Source of the DNA: a virus | Lineage: Duplodnaviria > Caudoviricetes | DNA: 50,307 nt | Strand: one strand, 5' to 3' | IMG/VR virus record: IMGVR_UViG_3300020379_000976 | Location: 1 to 50,307 of that record | Part shown: one piece after another, positions 1 to 9,165 of the stretch | How the letters are laid out: each line of letters opens with the position of its first letter | Position numbering within the stretch: position 1 is the first letter of the stretch | Notes under the pieces: generated by a model | Told to the model about the DNA's origin: nothing | Database searches by the model: none | Seen by the model: only the letters and a program-made list of their open reading frames with translations | Program-made: the position numbers and the translations under genes

Positions 1-2
1 GA

Positions 3-284
3 ACTTCAAACGGCGCAGGAGGAAGTAGTATCGGTGGTAATGGTGGTAAAGGAGCCGCTAATGGAACGAATGGATCAGCTTACACTGGAAGTGGTGGTGG
101 TGGTGGTGGCCAAGATGGTTCTGGAGGCAATGGAGCCGACGGCGTTGTAATTTTAAGATACACAGGGGGAACTTTATCAACTACTAGTGGTAACTTAACT
201 ACTTCACATCTTAACACCACTATATCAGGTACAACTAAATATACTAGATTTACAGGGGGTTCTGGTAATATTCAAATAGCATAA
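3..284 (+). CDS. 3' end of glycine-rich tail fibre/virion protein (5'-truncated)
   Basis: Open frame reading ...GSGGGGGGQDGSGGNGADGVVILRY...FTGGSGNIQIA*, TAA at 282-284. GGNG..GVVILRY is typical of phage Gly-rich domains. Absent from the ORF track. Confidence 0.75.
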   Translation, partial: TSNGAGGSSIGGNGGKGAANGTNGSAYTGSGGGGGGQDGSGGNGADGVVILRYTGGTLSTTSGNLTTSHLNTTISGTTKYTRFTGGSGNIQIA

Positions 285-286
285 AT

Positions 287-655
287 ATGGCACATTACGC
301 ATTATTAGACATGAATAATATAGTTACGAAAGTAATTTCAGGTAGAGATGAAGGTGATTCTAATATAAATTGGGAATTATATTTACAAGATATTCATAAA
401 CAAATTTGTAAAAGAACTTCTTATAATACAAGATTTAATGTACACGCATTAGGTAAAGAACCTTTTAGAAAAAATTATGCTGCAGAAGGGCTTATTTATG
501 ATTTTAATCTTGACGCTTTTTATTCACCTCAACCATTTGAAAGTTGGACTTTAAATAAAACAACTTGTAAATGGGAACCCCCAGTAACTAAACCAACAGA
601 TAATAAAATGTATGAATGGAACGAATCATCTCAAAAATGGGATTTAACAGAATAA
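287..655 (+). CDS. Conserved phage protein typically following Gly-rich fibre genes (possible fibre accessory/chaperone)
   Basis: MAHYA..., RTSYN, FRKNYA..G..YD...DAF..PQP..SW......W.PP and Y.W.E...W motifs. Confidence 0.65.
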   Translation: MAHYALLDMNNIVTKVISGRDEGDSNINWELYLQDIHKQICKRTSYNTRFNVHALGKEPFRKNYAAEGLIYDFNLDAFYSPQPFESWTLNKTTCKWEPPVTKPTDNKMYEWNESSQKWDLTE

Positions 656-659
656 TATA

Positions 660-1022
660 ATGGGATTAACAAAAGTAACACATAACGTTTTAGAAAGCAG
701 ATATACAGGGGCTAGTGCTTTATCATCATCAGGTTCAGGGGTAACTGTAGATAGTTCTGCGGCTAATGTATTTACCGTAACAGCAGGCCACAATATAACA
801 TTTAATTTTACCAATGTAAAAATAGGCGATGTTAAAACAATTATAGTAACCGGAGGTGGTGGTTCTTACACATTAACACTTGGAACAATAAATGGGTCTT
901 CTGGTACTTATAATAATTTAGGAGGTACCTATGATGATACAGGCAGCACTAAAAATATATTAGAAATAAAATTCATATCAGCTTCGGAAGCATGGTATCA
1001 AATTTCAAAAGCAGCAAGTTAA
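660..1022 (+). CDS. Beta-rich virion/tail fibre-associated protein
   Basis: MGLTKVT N-terminus, S/T/G-rich, tightly packed in the operon. Confidence 0.55.
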   Translation: MGLTKVTHNVLESRYTGASALSSSGSGVTVDSSAANVFTVTAGHNITFNFTNVKIGDVKTIIVTGGGGSYTLTLGTINGSSGTYNNLGGTYDDTGSTKNILEIKFISASEAWYQISKAAS

Positions 1023-1023
1023 T

Positions 1024-1503
1024 ATGGCAAGAGTAAAAGTTATAAATGGTAAACCGGTAGTATTTAATAAACTACCAGAAGTTTGGCAGGGTGCAAAAGG
1101 TCATCATTTAAATTTTGATAAAATGGGTGAAGATGTATGGCTTGAAAATGAATTTTTTGAACTTAAACTTCCTGAATATAATCCAGAAAATCAAAAGCTA
1201 GTTAATTTACATTTTGTGTCTGGGGACGATATATATACGTATGATATTAAAGACTTAGATGTACCTGGAAGTACATTAAAATCTTCAAAAGAAAATAAAA
1301 TAACACAGTTAAAACAAAACGGGTATCAATTACTGTTACCCACAGACTGGTATGTTATAAGGGAAGTATCAGAAAAAAAGTCTATACCTGATAAAATAAA
1401 AGAGAAAAGAAAAGCTATATACGATTCAATTAATAAAAAAGAAGCAGAAATAAATTCTTTAAATACAATAAAAAAAGTTGAAGAGTTTGATATAACAATT
1501 TAA
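1024..1503 (+). CDS. Putative tail fibre assembly chaperone-like protein
   Basis: C-terminal LL.PTDWYVIR..E....IPD....R..I motif; lies next to fibre genes. Confidence 0.55.
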   Translation: MARVKVINGKPVVFNKLPEVWQGAKGHHLNFDKMGEDVWLENEFFELKLPEYNPENQKLVNLHFVSGDDIYTYDIKDLDVPGSTLKSSKENKITQLKQNGYQLLLPTDWYVIREVSEKKSIPDKIKEKRKAIYDSINKKEAEINSLNTIKKVEEFDITI

Positions 1504-1504
1504 T

Positions 1505-4500
1505 ATGGCACTAGACCAAAAATTTTTTAAGAAATCTACAGCGGCTGGTTCTGGATTAACAGACCAAGAACAAGGACTTGTTTTGCATTTAGATGCTAAT
1601 GATGTAGATTCTTATGATGGAGACGGCTCTATTTGGTATGATATTGATGAACATGAAGTAAATGTTCCTCTTGCGGATAAGGCAAGTAATTTAAAAGTGC
1701 ATCTTAATGCAAGTGATACAACTTCTTATAATGGTATTGGAACAACTTGGACAGATTTAACTGATACAGGATTAAATGCAACAATAAGTGGGCCTTCATT
1801 TGGTAGTGACACAGTAGGATACTTTGATTTTAGTAGTGCTGCTTCAGATTTAATTACTATTCCAGATAGTCCTTTTGTAGATATGCAAAGTAATTCTACA
1901 ATGGAAATTTGGTTACAAAAACCAGCAACAACTTGTCATATTATAAATAAAGGAGCAGGAGGCGCTAATGAATCCTACGCTTTATGGGCAACGTCTAGTA
2001 CTATTTATTTTTATAGATATAATAGTGGAGGAGGAGTTACTAGTGGTTTAAATATTAGTACATCAAGTATAGGTACAGATGAATATATGCATGTTGTTAT
2101 CACAGTAGGAAGTAGTGGGGATTTTAAAATGTATTTAAATGGAGGTAATCTAGTTACTGCATCATTAAGTTCTTATAGAGATAATTCTCATGGCGTAAGA
2201 ATAGGTAATTATAATACAAGCAATTCTTATCCTTATACAAAACGCTTATCAGTAGTTAGATATTATAATACCGCTTTAACAGCTGCAGAAGTTGGACAAA
2301 ACTTTAGGGCTGGTAATTTTTTAAATTATTCATCTACAATTACATCTAAACACGAAGCAACTCAAGGTTCTTTAGTTACAGCACCGCCAACTCAAGGCAC
2401 ATTATATACAAGTAATTTAGCATTTCATTTAGATGCAAATGGTCATTCAGGTACATATTGGACTGATAGTGTTGGTAGTATTAATGGTACAATTAATGGA
2501 GCAACCTACGTTAATAATGATAACTCAGATTATTTTACTTTTGATGGAAGTAATGACACTATAACTTTTCCAGCTACCGATACTTCACCTATAAATTTTT
2601 CAAGTGAAACACACACAATAGAATTTTGGATAAATTTTAATAATTTACAAAATGAAGATGTAGTAATCGGAAAATGGGGCGGAAGTAATGCAACAAAATC
2701 TTTTCAAATACAAGTATCTGGTTCACATAATAAATTAACCGTATTAGAAAGAGATGGCGGAAGTAGTAATACTTATGAAACTACAGGTACTTTTTCAAAT
2801 GGAACTTGGGCTCATTTTGTATATGCAAGATCAGCATCGCAAGTAAAATTATATATAAATGGTGTTATTGATAGTGACCCAGCAGCAAATAATGGTATAA
2901 ATGCAGGTTCTACTCAAAATATAACTATTGGTGATCAACCAGGGGGTGGCGTTTTTTTTGGAGGTAAATTAGCTCAATTAAGAATTTACAGTTCTACTTT
3001 AGATTCTTCACAAGTTTTAACTAATTATAATGCTACTAAAGATTTATACCAAGGTGTAGCAAGTTTACAATTAAGTTTAGACGCAAACGGATATACTACT
3101 GGAAATTGGACCGACACTTCTGGAAATAATAGGCATGCTATCATTTCTGGAAATACAGCTCATACTAATGATAATAACTCTGACTATTTTACTTTAGATG
3201 GATCAGGTGATTATTTTACAGTAGCTCATAATAATATATTTAATTTAGATGTAGATGCTACAATAGAAATGTGGATATGGAGGTCCTCAACTACAAATGA
3301 GCAAGGTCTTATGCATAAAGGGGGACCATGGAATGCTTATAACGGTTGGTTTTTAAATTGGACAAGTAGTGTAGGATATTATTTTTATGATTATGATACA
3401 GCATCTTTAACAAAATCTGGTACAGCTGCAGCTCCTTTAAATGAATGGACTCACCTTGTGTTATCATGGAATGCTGGTACTAGAAAAGCAAAAATGTATA
3501 TAAATGGTGCTGAACCATCTTATCATACAGCCCCTACAGATGGAGGTGGTGCGGTAGGTACTACAAATACAGGAACTTTAGAAATAGGTAAAGCTGCAAC
3601 TTCGTTAGGAACAGGTCATCCTGCTTGGAATGGTAAAATAGCACAGGTTAGAATTTATAACGGTGCTATGTCTGAGACACAAGTAAAAACTAATTACAAT
3701 GCTACTAAAGCATTATATCAAAATCCTACCATACTAACTGATTTGAGACCTACAAATTATTCATCGGGAACAACGTGGAATGATTCTAGCACTCAAGGTA
3801 ACAATGCAACATTACATAACTTTGGTAGTACTGTTACTTCTTATTATGATCAAGAAATTGGTAATTTTTTTGATTTAGATGGTAGTAATGATTATTTTTC
3901 AACAAGTATTACTAAAAATTGGGCATCTATACCTTTTTCAGTAGAAATGTGGTTTAATACAGATTCAAGAAATGGCGAATATTTATGGGGATTAAATGAG
4001 AATAGCTACCAGGCATATGGGGTAGGTCCATCTACTAGAGGTTCTGGTAATAATTATCAGTTAATGTTTCTTGGGTCTGGAGTTATTGTAAGTGCTGGGG
4101 TTGTTCAAACAAACCGATGGTATCATCTAGTTTTTACTTCTGATGGAACAACTAAAAAAGCATATTTAGATGGTTCATTTGTAGCAAGTAGCACAGTAAC
4201 TATTAACAGTGCAGCAAATGGTAAAGCATTTATATTTGGTAGATATGGAGAATATCCAGGGGCATATTTTAATGGTAAAATAGGTCATACTAGAGTATAT
4301 GAAGGTGCTTTAACAGCGGAGCAAGTAGCACAAAACTATTTAGCTACAAAGAATAATTATCCTAATGGTAATAATGCAACAATAAGTGGATCTCCTACTT
4401 GGGGCACTTATAATTCAGGAGGTGTTACATATAATTATTTTGATTTAAATGGTTCAAGTCATTATATGACTATACCCCAAAATACAATATTTGATTTTGA

Positions 4501-4954
4501 ATTACCTACAACTTTAGAAGTTTGGGTTAATAAAGATGGAACCGGTAGAGAATGGGTTATACAAAAATCTAACGGGGGAAGTGGTAGTTATTCATGGCAG
4601 TTAGAACACAGTAGTAGCGGAAATTATAGATTTCAAATGCATAATACTAGCAATGGCACAATAACTATTAATGTGACCAGTGCTACTAATACGGGGACAT
4701 GGTATCATATAGCTATTACTCATGATGGTAATAATGTATATAAAATATATTTAAATGGTTCTTTACAAGAAAGTGCTACTTTATCTGGTACTATTTCAAA
4801 AAATACAAACGGTGTAACGATAGGCAAATACATTGTTGGTGGCTATGAGTTTGATGGTAAAATAGGTATGATAAAATTTTACAATAAAACCTTTTCAGCA
4901 ACAGAAGTTACCGCAGCTTATAATAATACAAAAGGAACATATGGTATTACATAA
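1505..4954 (+). CDS. Multi-LamG (concanavalin A-like lectin) repeat protein, probable receptor-binding fibre
   Basis: About five repeats of LxLHLDA..W.D...N.ATI.G..YF.FDG.ND..T.E.W..W.H....Y.NG...G.I...R.Y..AL...V..NY. Confidence 0.85.
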   Translation: MALDQKFFKKSTAAGSGLTDQEQGLVLHLDANDVDSYDGDGSIWYDIDEHEVNVPLADKASNLKVHLNASDTTSYNGIGTTWTDLTDTGLNATISGPSFGSDTVGYFDFSSAASDLITIPDSPFVDMQSNSTMEIWLQKPATTCHIINKGAGGANESYALWATSSTIYFYRYNSGGGVTSGLNISTSSIGTDEYMHVVITVGSSGDFKMYLNGGNLVTASLSSYRDNSHGVRIGNYNTSNSYPYTKRLSVVRYYNTALTAAEVGQNFRAGNFLNYSSTITSKHEATQGSLVTAPPTQGTLYTSNLAFHLDANGHSGTYWTDSVGSINGTINGATYVNNDNSDYFTFDGSNDTITFPATDTSPINFSSETHTIEFWINFNNLQNEDVVIGKWGGSNATKSFQIQVSGSHNKLTVLERDGGSSNTYETTGTFSNGTWAHFVYARSASQVKLYINGVIDSDPAANNGINAGSTQNITIGDQPGGGVFFGGKLAQLRIYSSTLDSSQVLTNYNATKDLYQGVASLQLSLDANGYTTGNWTDTSGNNRHAIISGNTAHTNDNNSDYFTLDGSGDYFTVAHNNIFNLDVDATIEMWIWRSSTTNEQGLMHKGGPWNAYNGWFLNWTSSVGYYFYDYDTASLTKSGTAAAPLNEWTHLVLSWNAGTRKAKMYINGAEPSYHTAPTDGGGAVGTTNTGTLEIGKAATSLGTGHPAWNGKIAQVRIYNGAMSETQVKTNYNATKALYQNPTILTDLRPTNYSSGTTWNDSSTQGNNATLHNFGSTVTSYYDQEIGNFFDLDGSNDYFSTSITKNWASIPFSVEMWFNTDSRNGEYLWGLNENSYQAYGVGPSTRGSGNNYQLMFLGSGVIVSAGVVQTNRWYHLVFTSDGTTKKAYLDGSFVASSTVTINSAANGKAFIFGRYGEYPGAYFNGKIGHTRVYEGALTAEQVAQNYLATKNNYPNGNNATISGSPTWGTYNSGGVTYNYFDLNGSSHYMTIPQNTIFDFELPTTLEVWVNKDGTGREWVIQKSNGGSGSYSWQLEHSSSGNYRFQMHNTSNGTITINVTSATNTGTWYHIAITHDGNNVYKIYLNGSLQESATLSGTISKNTNGVTIGKYIVGGYEFDGKIGMIKFYNKTFSATEVTAAYNNTKGTYGIT

Positions 4955-4970
4955 AATTTAATTAAATAAT

Positions 4971-5381
4971 ATGAAAAAAAAATTTAAAGATACTGCAGTT
5001 GGAAAGTTTTTATTAAACAAGATTCCAGCTGTAGTAGGATCAATAGCCAGTGGCACACCAGCCGGTGGTATTATAGAAGCTATAATAGGTAGTAGCGAAA
5101 TGTCTGATGGTGATAAACAAATTGCCTTAGAAAAGCTAAAACTTGAAAGAGCCGAAATAGATGGGACAACAGAAAGATGGGTTGCGGATGCGAGCTCAGG
5201 AGCATGGCTTGCGGCTAATGTTCGTCCTTTAACATTAATATTTTTAACAGTAAGCTATGTAATTGGGTGGTACTTAGGTTATCCACTTGATTCAATAACC
5301 GGTTTATTAACAATAGTAATCGGAGGCTATTTCGGGTCACGAGGTGTAGAGAAAGTCTTTGGAAACAAAATGCACAAATAA
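4971..5381 (+). CDS. Holin (3TM/GTA-holin-like)
   Basis: RW.AD..S..WLA.NVRPL motif, TM segments and GGYFGSRG.EK ending; upstream of the endolysin. Confidence 0.7.
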   Translation: MKKKFKDTAVGKFLLNKIPAVVGSIASGTPAGGIIEAIIGSSEMSDGDKQIALEKLKLERAEIDGTTERWVADASSGAWLAANVRPLTLIFLTVSYVIGWYLGYPLDSITGLLTIVIGGYFGSRGVEKVFGNKMHK

Positions 5382-5382
5382 A

Positions 5383-5532
5383 ATGCAAGACTTAAGAATT
5401 TATGGTATAAGTTTAGGTGGTTTTACCTTTTCTATAATGCCAGATATAAATCCACTGCTACAAACAGTAGTATTATTATTAACAATAGTATATACCGTAA
5501 TAGGTATAAAAAACAAATTAAATAATAAATAA
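5383..5532 (+). CDS. Small membrane protein (49 aa), holin/antiholin-like
   Basis: Own translation MQDLRIYGISLGGFTFSIMPDINPLLQTVVLLLTIVYTVIGIKNKLNNK; fills the gap between holin and endolysin. Confidence 0.7.
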   Translation: MQDLRIYGISLGGFTFSIMPDINPLLQTVVLLLTIVYTVIGIKNKLNNK

Positions 5533-5533
5533 A

Positions 5534-5884
5534 ATGCCTTTAAAATATTTTAATGAATCTGAATTCAATGATTTTAAAATGATGAATAAAAAACTTCTAA
5601 ATATGTTAGATAACTTACGAGAAGTATATGGTTCATCAATAAAGATAACATCAAGTTATAGAAGTCCTGATCATCCAATAGAAGCAAAGAAAAAATCACC
5701 AGGTGAGCATGCATATGGCAACGCAGTTGATATTGCAAGTGTTGGGGGTGAAGCTACATTTAAATTAGTTAAAGCTGCTATGGAAGTTGGCTTTACAAGA
5801 ATAGGTGTAAGTAGAAAAAATAATTTTGTCCACGTAGGCATTGGTTATCCTGGTGCTCCTGATATAACTCTTTGGACATATTAA
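5534..5884 (+). CDS. Endolysin, peptidase M15 family
   Basis: I.ITSSYRS..H, H..G.AVDI and FVHV Zn-ligand motifs. Confidence 0.85.
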   Translation: MPLKYFNESEFNDFKMMNKKLLNMLDNLREVYGSSIKITSSYRSPDHPIEAKKKSPGEHAYGNAVDIASVGGEATFKLVKAAMEVGFTRIGVSRKNNFVHVGIGYPGAPDITLWTY

Positions 5885-5894
5885 ATAAAATTAA

Positions 5895-6113
5895 ATGAAA
5901 TTAATAAGAAAAATATCAATTGGCCAAGATTATAAGAATGAAGCTATGCATTATTCTGTAGGCCAAGAAGTTTATGGTGGTCATAAAATATGTGATATAT
6001 TTGAAAAAGATAACGGTTATCATATATATATAGAAAAAAATAATAATCAAATACCGTGGAAACACTTTAATACAAACATGGCTGTTTCCGTAGAATATAA
6101 TTTAGATTATTAA
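5895..6113 (+). CDS. Conserved hypothetical phage protein
   Basis: IRKISIG.DYK..AMHY.VGQ; stop overlaps the next start. Confidence 0.65.
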   Translation: MKLIRKISIGQDYKNEAMHYSVGQEVYGGHKICDIFEKDNGYHIYIEKNNNQIPWKHFNTNMAVSVEYNLDY

Positions 6114-6709
6114 TGAAATCACTTTACAACTATATTATATATACTGATACTAGATACGATAACAAAAAGTATATAGATGGTAAAGAACTAATAATTAATT
6201 CTGAATTATCTGAAAGAGATTACAAGTTTGTTAATAGAATAGGCACAGTTAAAAGTATACCTATAAATTATAAAACTAAAATAAAACCAGGTGATAAAGT
6301 AATTGTTCATCACAATGTATTTAGAAGATGGATTGATGTTAAGGGTAAAGAAAAAAATTCATCGTCATATATTGATGAAAATATTTATTCTGTTAGTGTT
6401 GATCAGGTATATGCATACAAAAACAATGGTAAATGGAAATGTCCCGATAGATATTGTTTTGTTAAACCATTACCACAAGATTTTAAATGGAGTGTTTTAA
6501 AAGAAAAAGAATTAGTTGGGGAGCTTATGTATAGCAATAAGCTTTTAAGTTCGTTAAACGTGTCCGTAGGCGATATAGTGGGCTTTACACCAGGTTCTGA
6601 ATATGAATTTAATATTGAGAATCAAAAATTATACAGAATTTTATTAAATGATATAACAATTAACTATGGACGTAAAAAAAACAAGAGAGAGACTACTCAA
6701 AGCTGCTGA
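6113..6709 (+). CDS. GroES-like co-chaperonin domain protein
   Basis: Two GroES-like repeats (G.V.S.P....IKPGDKVI; V.VGDIVGF....EYEF.I..Q.LYRI). Confidence 0.55.
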   Translation: MKSLYNYIIYTDTRYDNKKYIDGKELIINSELSERDYKFVNRIGTVKSIPINYKTKIKPGDKVIVHHNVFRRWIDVKGKEKNSSSYIDENIYSVSVDQVYAYKNNGKWKCPDRYCFVKPLPQDFKWSVLKEKELVGELMYSNKLLSSLNVSVGDIVGFTPGSEYEFNIENQKLYRILLNDITINYGRKKNKRETTQSC

Positions 6710-6923
6710 AAACTCTATAGAAGAGTTAATAAAAGTTATGAATAAAAAAATGGATCCAGAAGAATTAGATCCTGAAAAAGTAAAAATATCAGCATCAGCC
6801 TATAGATTAGCTATGGAAGACGCTATTGCTATGATGGCTAAAGTAGAAGAACTTAACAGTGTAGAAAAAGAAGATAATCCTAAAAAACAAGAATTCTTCG
6901 GTGTAGAAGGTCGTATTAAATAA
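6666..6923 (+). CDS. Putative terminase small subunit
   Basis: Helical 85-aa protein coupled directly to TerL; call is positional. Confidence 0.5.
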   Translation: MDVKKTRERLLKAAENSIEELIKVMNKKMDPEELDPEKVKISASAYRLAMEDAIAMMAKVEELNSVEKEDNPKKQEFFGVEGRIK

Positions 6924-9163
6924 TGTATAATCAAACTTTATATAAGGTACACACCGAACATTTATTATCTAAATTAGTTAAAAATAATAATAGATATAAA
7001 AAATTCGAGTATGGTTATAACAAAGATTTAGATTGTGTTGTTATAAGTAAGGACGGTACAATAGGTGAGATATATGAAATACAAGGATTAAAAATTGCAC
7101 TTCCTTCAATACCTAAAAAAATTAACGGTCAAGAACTAAAAAAAGAAGAACAGGTATTTATTCAAACGCCTAAGCCTGCTACACTTAAAAAAATAAAAAG
7201 TATATATAGTTTTAAGTCATATAACGAGGATATAAAAGAAAAGTATTATGAATATATTAATAAAGAGTTTGATTTTCGTTCTGATGGTTACTGGTTCATG
7301 TGCAACGGTGAGCCATGTTACCTCACCGGCTCCCATTATATATACCTCAATTGGACAAAGATCGATGTGGGTTCACCCGATTTTAGACATGCAAACAGAT
7401 TATTTTTTTATTTCTGGGAGGCATGCAAGGCGGATTATAGGTGTTATGGAATGTGCTACCTCAAGAACAGACGGTCTGGTTTCTCCTTTATGGCGAGTTC
7501 GGAAGTTGTCAACGTGGCAACTGTTACCAGAGACGCAAGATTTGGGATACTTTCAAAGACTGGAGGAGACGCGAAGAAGATGTTCACGGATAAGGTTGTC
7601 CCAATTTCCACGAACTACCCGTTCTTTTTTAAACCAATACAGGATGGCATGGAGAGGCCAAAGACAGAACTATCGTACAAGGTACCATCGAGAAGGCTCA
7701 CAAGAAAGACAATACAATCAACCTCCGCGGGCACCGAAGAGAGTGATCAGGTGGGACTTGATACCACCATCGACTGGAAGAATACAGGTGACAATTCCTA
7801 CGACGGGGAGAAATTACAGATCCTCGTCCATGATGAATCGGGCAAGTGGGAGAAGCCGGACAACATTCTCAATAACTGGAGGGTCACAAAGACGTGTCTC
7901 CGTCTCGGTTCGAAAATAGTTGGTAAATGTATGATGGGGTCTACGTCTAACTCACTAGATAAAGGCGGCGGTAATTTTAAAAAAATTTATAATGACTCAG
8001 ATCTTACAAAGAAAAAACGAAATCGCAATGGGCAGACTGCTAGTGGACTATACGCTTTGTTCATACCTATGGAATGGAACTTCGAAGGATTCATTAACAA
8101 GTTTGGTTTTCCTGTCTTCGACACTCCGGAAACTCCGGTTAAAGGAATTGACGGGGAACTTATCTACAACGGAGTTATCGATCATTGGGAGAATGAAGCA
8201 GATGGGCTCAAAGATAATGCCGATGCTTTAAACGAATATTATAGACAGTTTCCTAGGACTGAAAAACATGCATTTAGAGATGAAACAAAAGAATCTATAT
8301 TTAATTTATCAAGAATATATGAACAGATAGATTTTAATGAAGAAATGGTTGCATCAGGATATGTAACAACAGGTTCTTTTCAATGGAAGAACGGTGTTAA
8401 AGATACACAAGTACAATTCTATCCTAATCCTCATGGAAGATTTAGAATATCTTGGATACTTCCAACGGATATGCAAAATAATATAGAAGTTAAAAATGGT
8501 ATTAAATATCCAGGCAATAAAGCTTTTGGTGCTTTTGGATGTGATAGTTATGATATAAGTGGAACAACAGATGGTGGTGGTTCGAATGGATCATTACACG
8601 GATTAACAAGTTTTTCCTTATCACCAGATGTCCCTAAATCACAATTCTTTTTAGAATATATTGCAAGGCCACAAACAGCTGAAATATTTTTTGAAGATGT
8701 ATTAATGGCAATAATATTTTATGGTATGCCAATACTTGCAGAGAATAATAAGCCAAGATTATTATATCATTTGAAAAGAAGAGGTTATAGAGGATTTTCT
8801 ATGAACCGTCCAGATAAAGCTAGAAATAAATTATCTGTAACAGAAAAAGAATTAGGTGGTATACCTAATACTTCAGAAGATATAAGGCAAGCTCATGCAT
8901 CCGCAATAGAATCTTACATAGAAGAAAATGTAGGTATAACAAATGAGGAGCACGGCAGAATGTATTTTCAAAGAACACTTGAAGATTGGTCTAAGTTTAA
9001 TATAAACAATAGAACAAAGTTTGATGCTTCAATAAGTAGTGGTTTAGCTATAATGGCTTGCCAAAGACATTTATATGCTCCAAGAGCAGAAAGACAAACA
9101 AGAAAGATAGATTTTGGATTTTCAAAATATAATAATTCAGGATTAAAAAGTAAAATATTATAA
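6923..9163 (+). CDS. terL: Terminase large subunit
   Basis: Walker A-like LKNRRSGFS, Walker B LVHDESGKW, coupling motif GST, nuclease GCDSYD and FDASISSG. Confidence 0.9.
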   Translation: MYNQTLYKVHTEHLLSKLVKNNNRYKKFEYGYNKDLDCVVISKDGTIGEIYEIQGLKIALPSIPKKINGQELKKEEQVFIQTPKPATLKKIKSIYSFKSYNEDIKEKYYEYINKEFDFRSDGYWFMCNGEPCYLTGSHYIYLNWTKIDVGSPDFRHANRLFFYFWEACKADYRCYGMCYLKNRRSGFSFMASSEVVNVATVTRDARFGILSKTGGDAKKMFTDKVVPISTNYPFFFKPIQDGMERPKTELSYKVPSRRLTRKTIQSTSAGTEESDQVGLDTTIDWKNTGDNSYDGEKLQILVHDESGKWEKPDNILNNWRVTKTCLRLGSKIVGKCMMGSTSNSLDKGGGNFKKIYNDSDLTKKKRNRNGQTASGLYALFIPMEWNFEGFINKFGFPVFDTPETPVKGIDGELIYNGVIDHWENEADGLKDNADALNEYYRQFPRTEKHAFRDETKESIFNLSRIYEQIDFNEEMVASGYVTTGSFQWKNGVKDTQVQFYPNPHGRFRISWILPTDMQNNIEVKNGIKYPGNKAFGAFGCDSYDISGTTDGGGSNGSLHGLTSFSLSPDVPKSQFFLEYIARPQTAEIFFEDVLMAIIFYGMPILAENNKPRLLYHLKRRGYRGFSMNRPDKARNKLSVTEKELGGIPNTSEDIRQAHASAIESYIEENVGITNEEHGRMYFQRTLEDWSKFNINNRTKFDASISSGLAIMACQRHLYAPRAERQTRKIDFGFSKYNNSGLKSKIL
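7248..7919 (+). CDS. Nested +1-frame ORF in terL: predicted lipoprotein with R/S-rich tail
   Basis: MNILIKSLIFVLMVTGS-C lipobox-like N-terminus, A-rich upstream context, 223 stop-free codons coinciding with G/C-ending TerL codons. Confidence 0.7.
   Translation: MNILIKSLIFVLMVTGSCATVSHVTSPAPIIYTSIGQRSMWVHPILDMQTDYFFISGRHARRIIGVMECATSRTDGLVSPLWRVRKLSTWQLLPETQDLGYFQRLEETRRRCSRIRLSQFPRTTRSFLNQYRMAWRGQRQNYRTRYHREGSQERQYNQPPRAPKRVIRWDLIPPSTGRIQVTIPTTGRNYRSSSMMNRASGRSRTTFSITGGSQRRVSVSVRK
7992..8231 (+). CDS. Second nested +1-frame ORF in terL (79 aa)
   Basis: G/C-ending TerL codons continue through the ORF and revert to A/T-ending just after its stop. Confidence 0.5.
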   Translation: MTQILQRKNEIAMGRLLVDYTLCSYLWNGTSKDSLTSLVFLSSTLRKLRLKELTGNLSTTELSIIGRMKQMGSKIMPML

Positions 9164-9165
9164 TA

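Noticed and set aside
2358-3215. Short DNA repeats in the LamG gene as possible DGR or CRISPR elements
   Set aside because: They are coding-domain duplications; no reverse transcriptase, adenine-specific variation or regular spacers seen.
5161-5232. 23-codon +1 ORF in the holin gene with slight GC rise
   Set aside because: Too short to distinguish from chance.
6303-6500. +1 ORF in the GroES-like gene
   Set aside because: Short, L/I/M/K shadow-frame composition and no clear GC3 shift.
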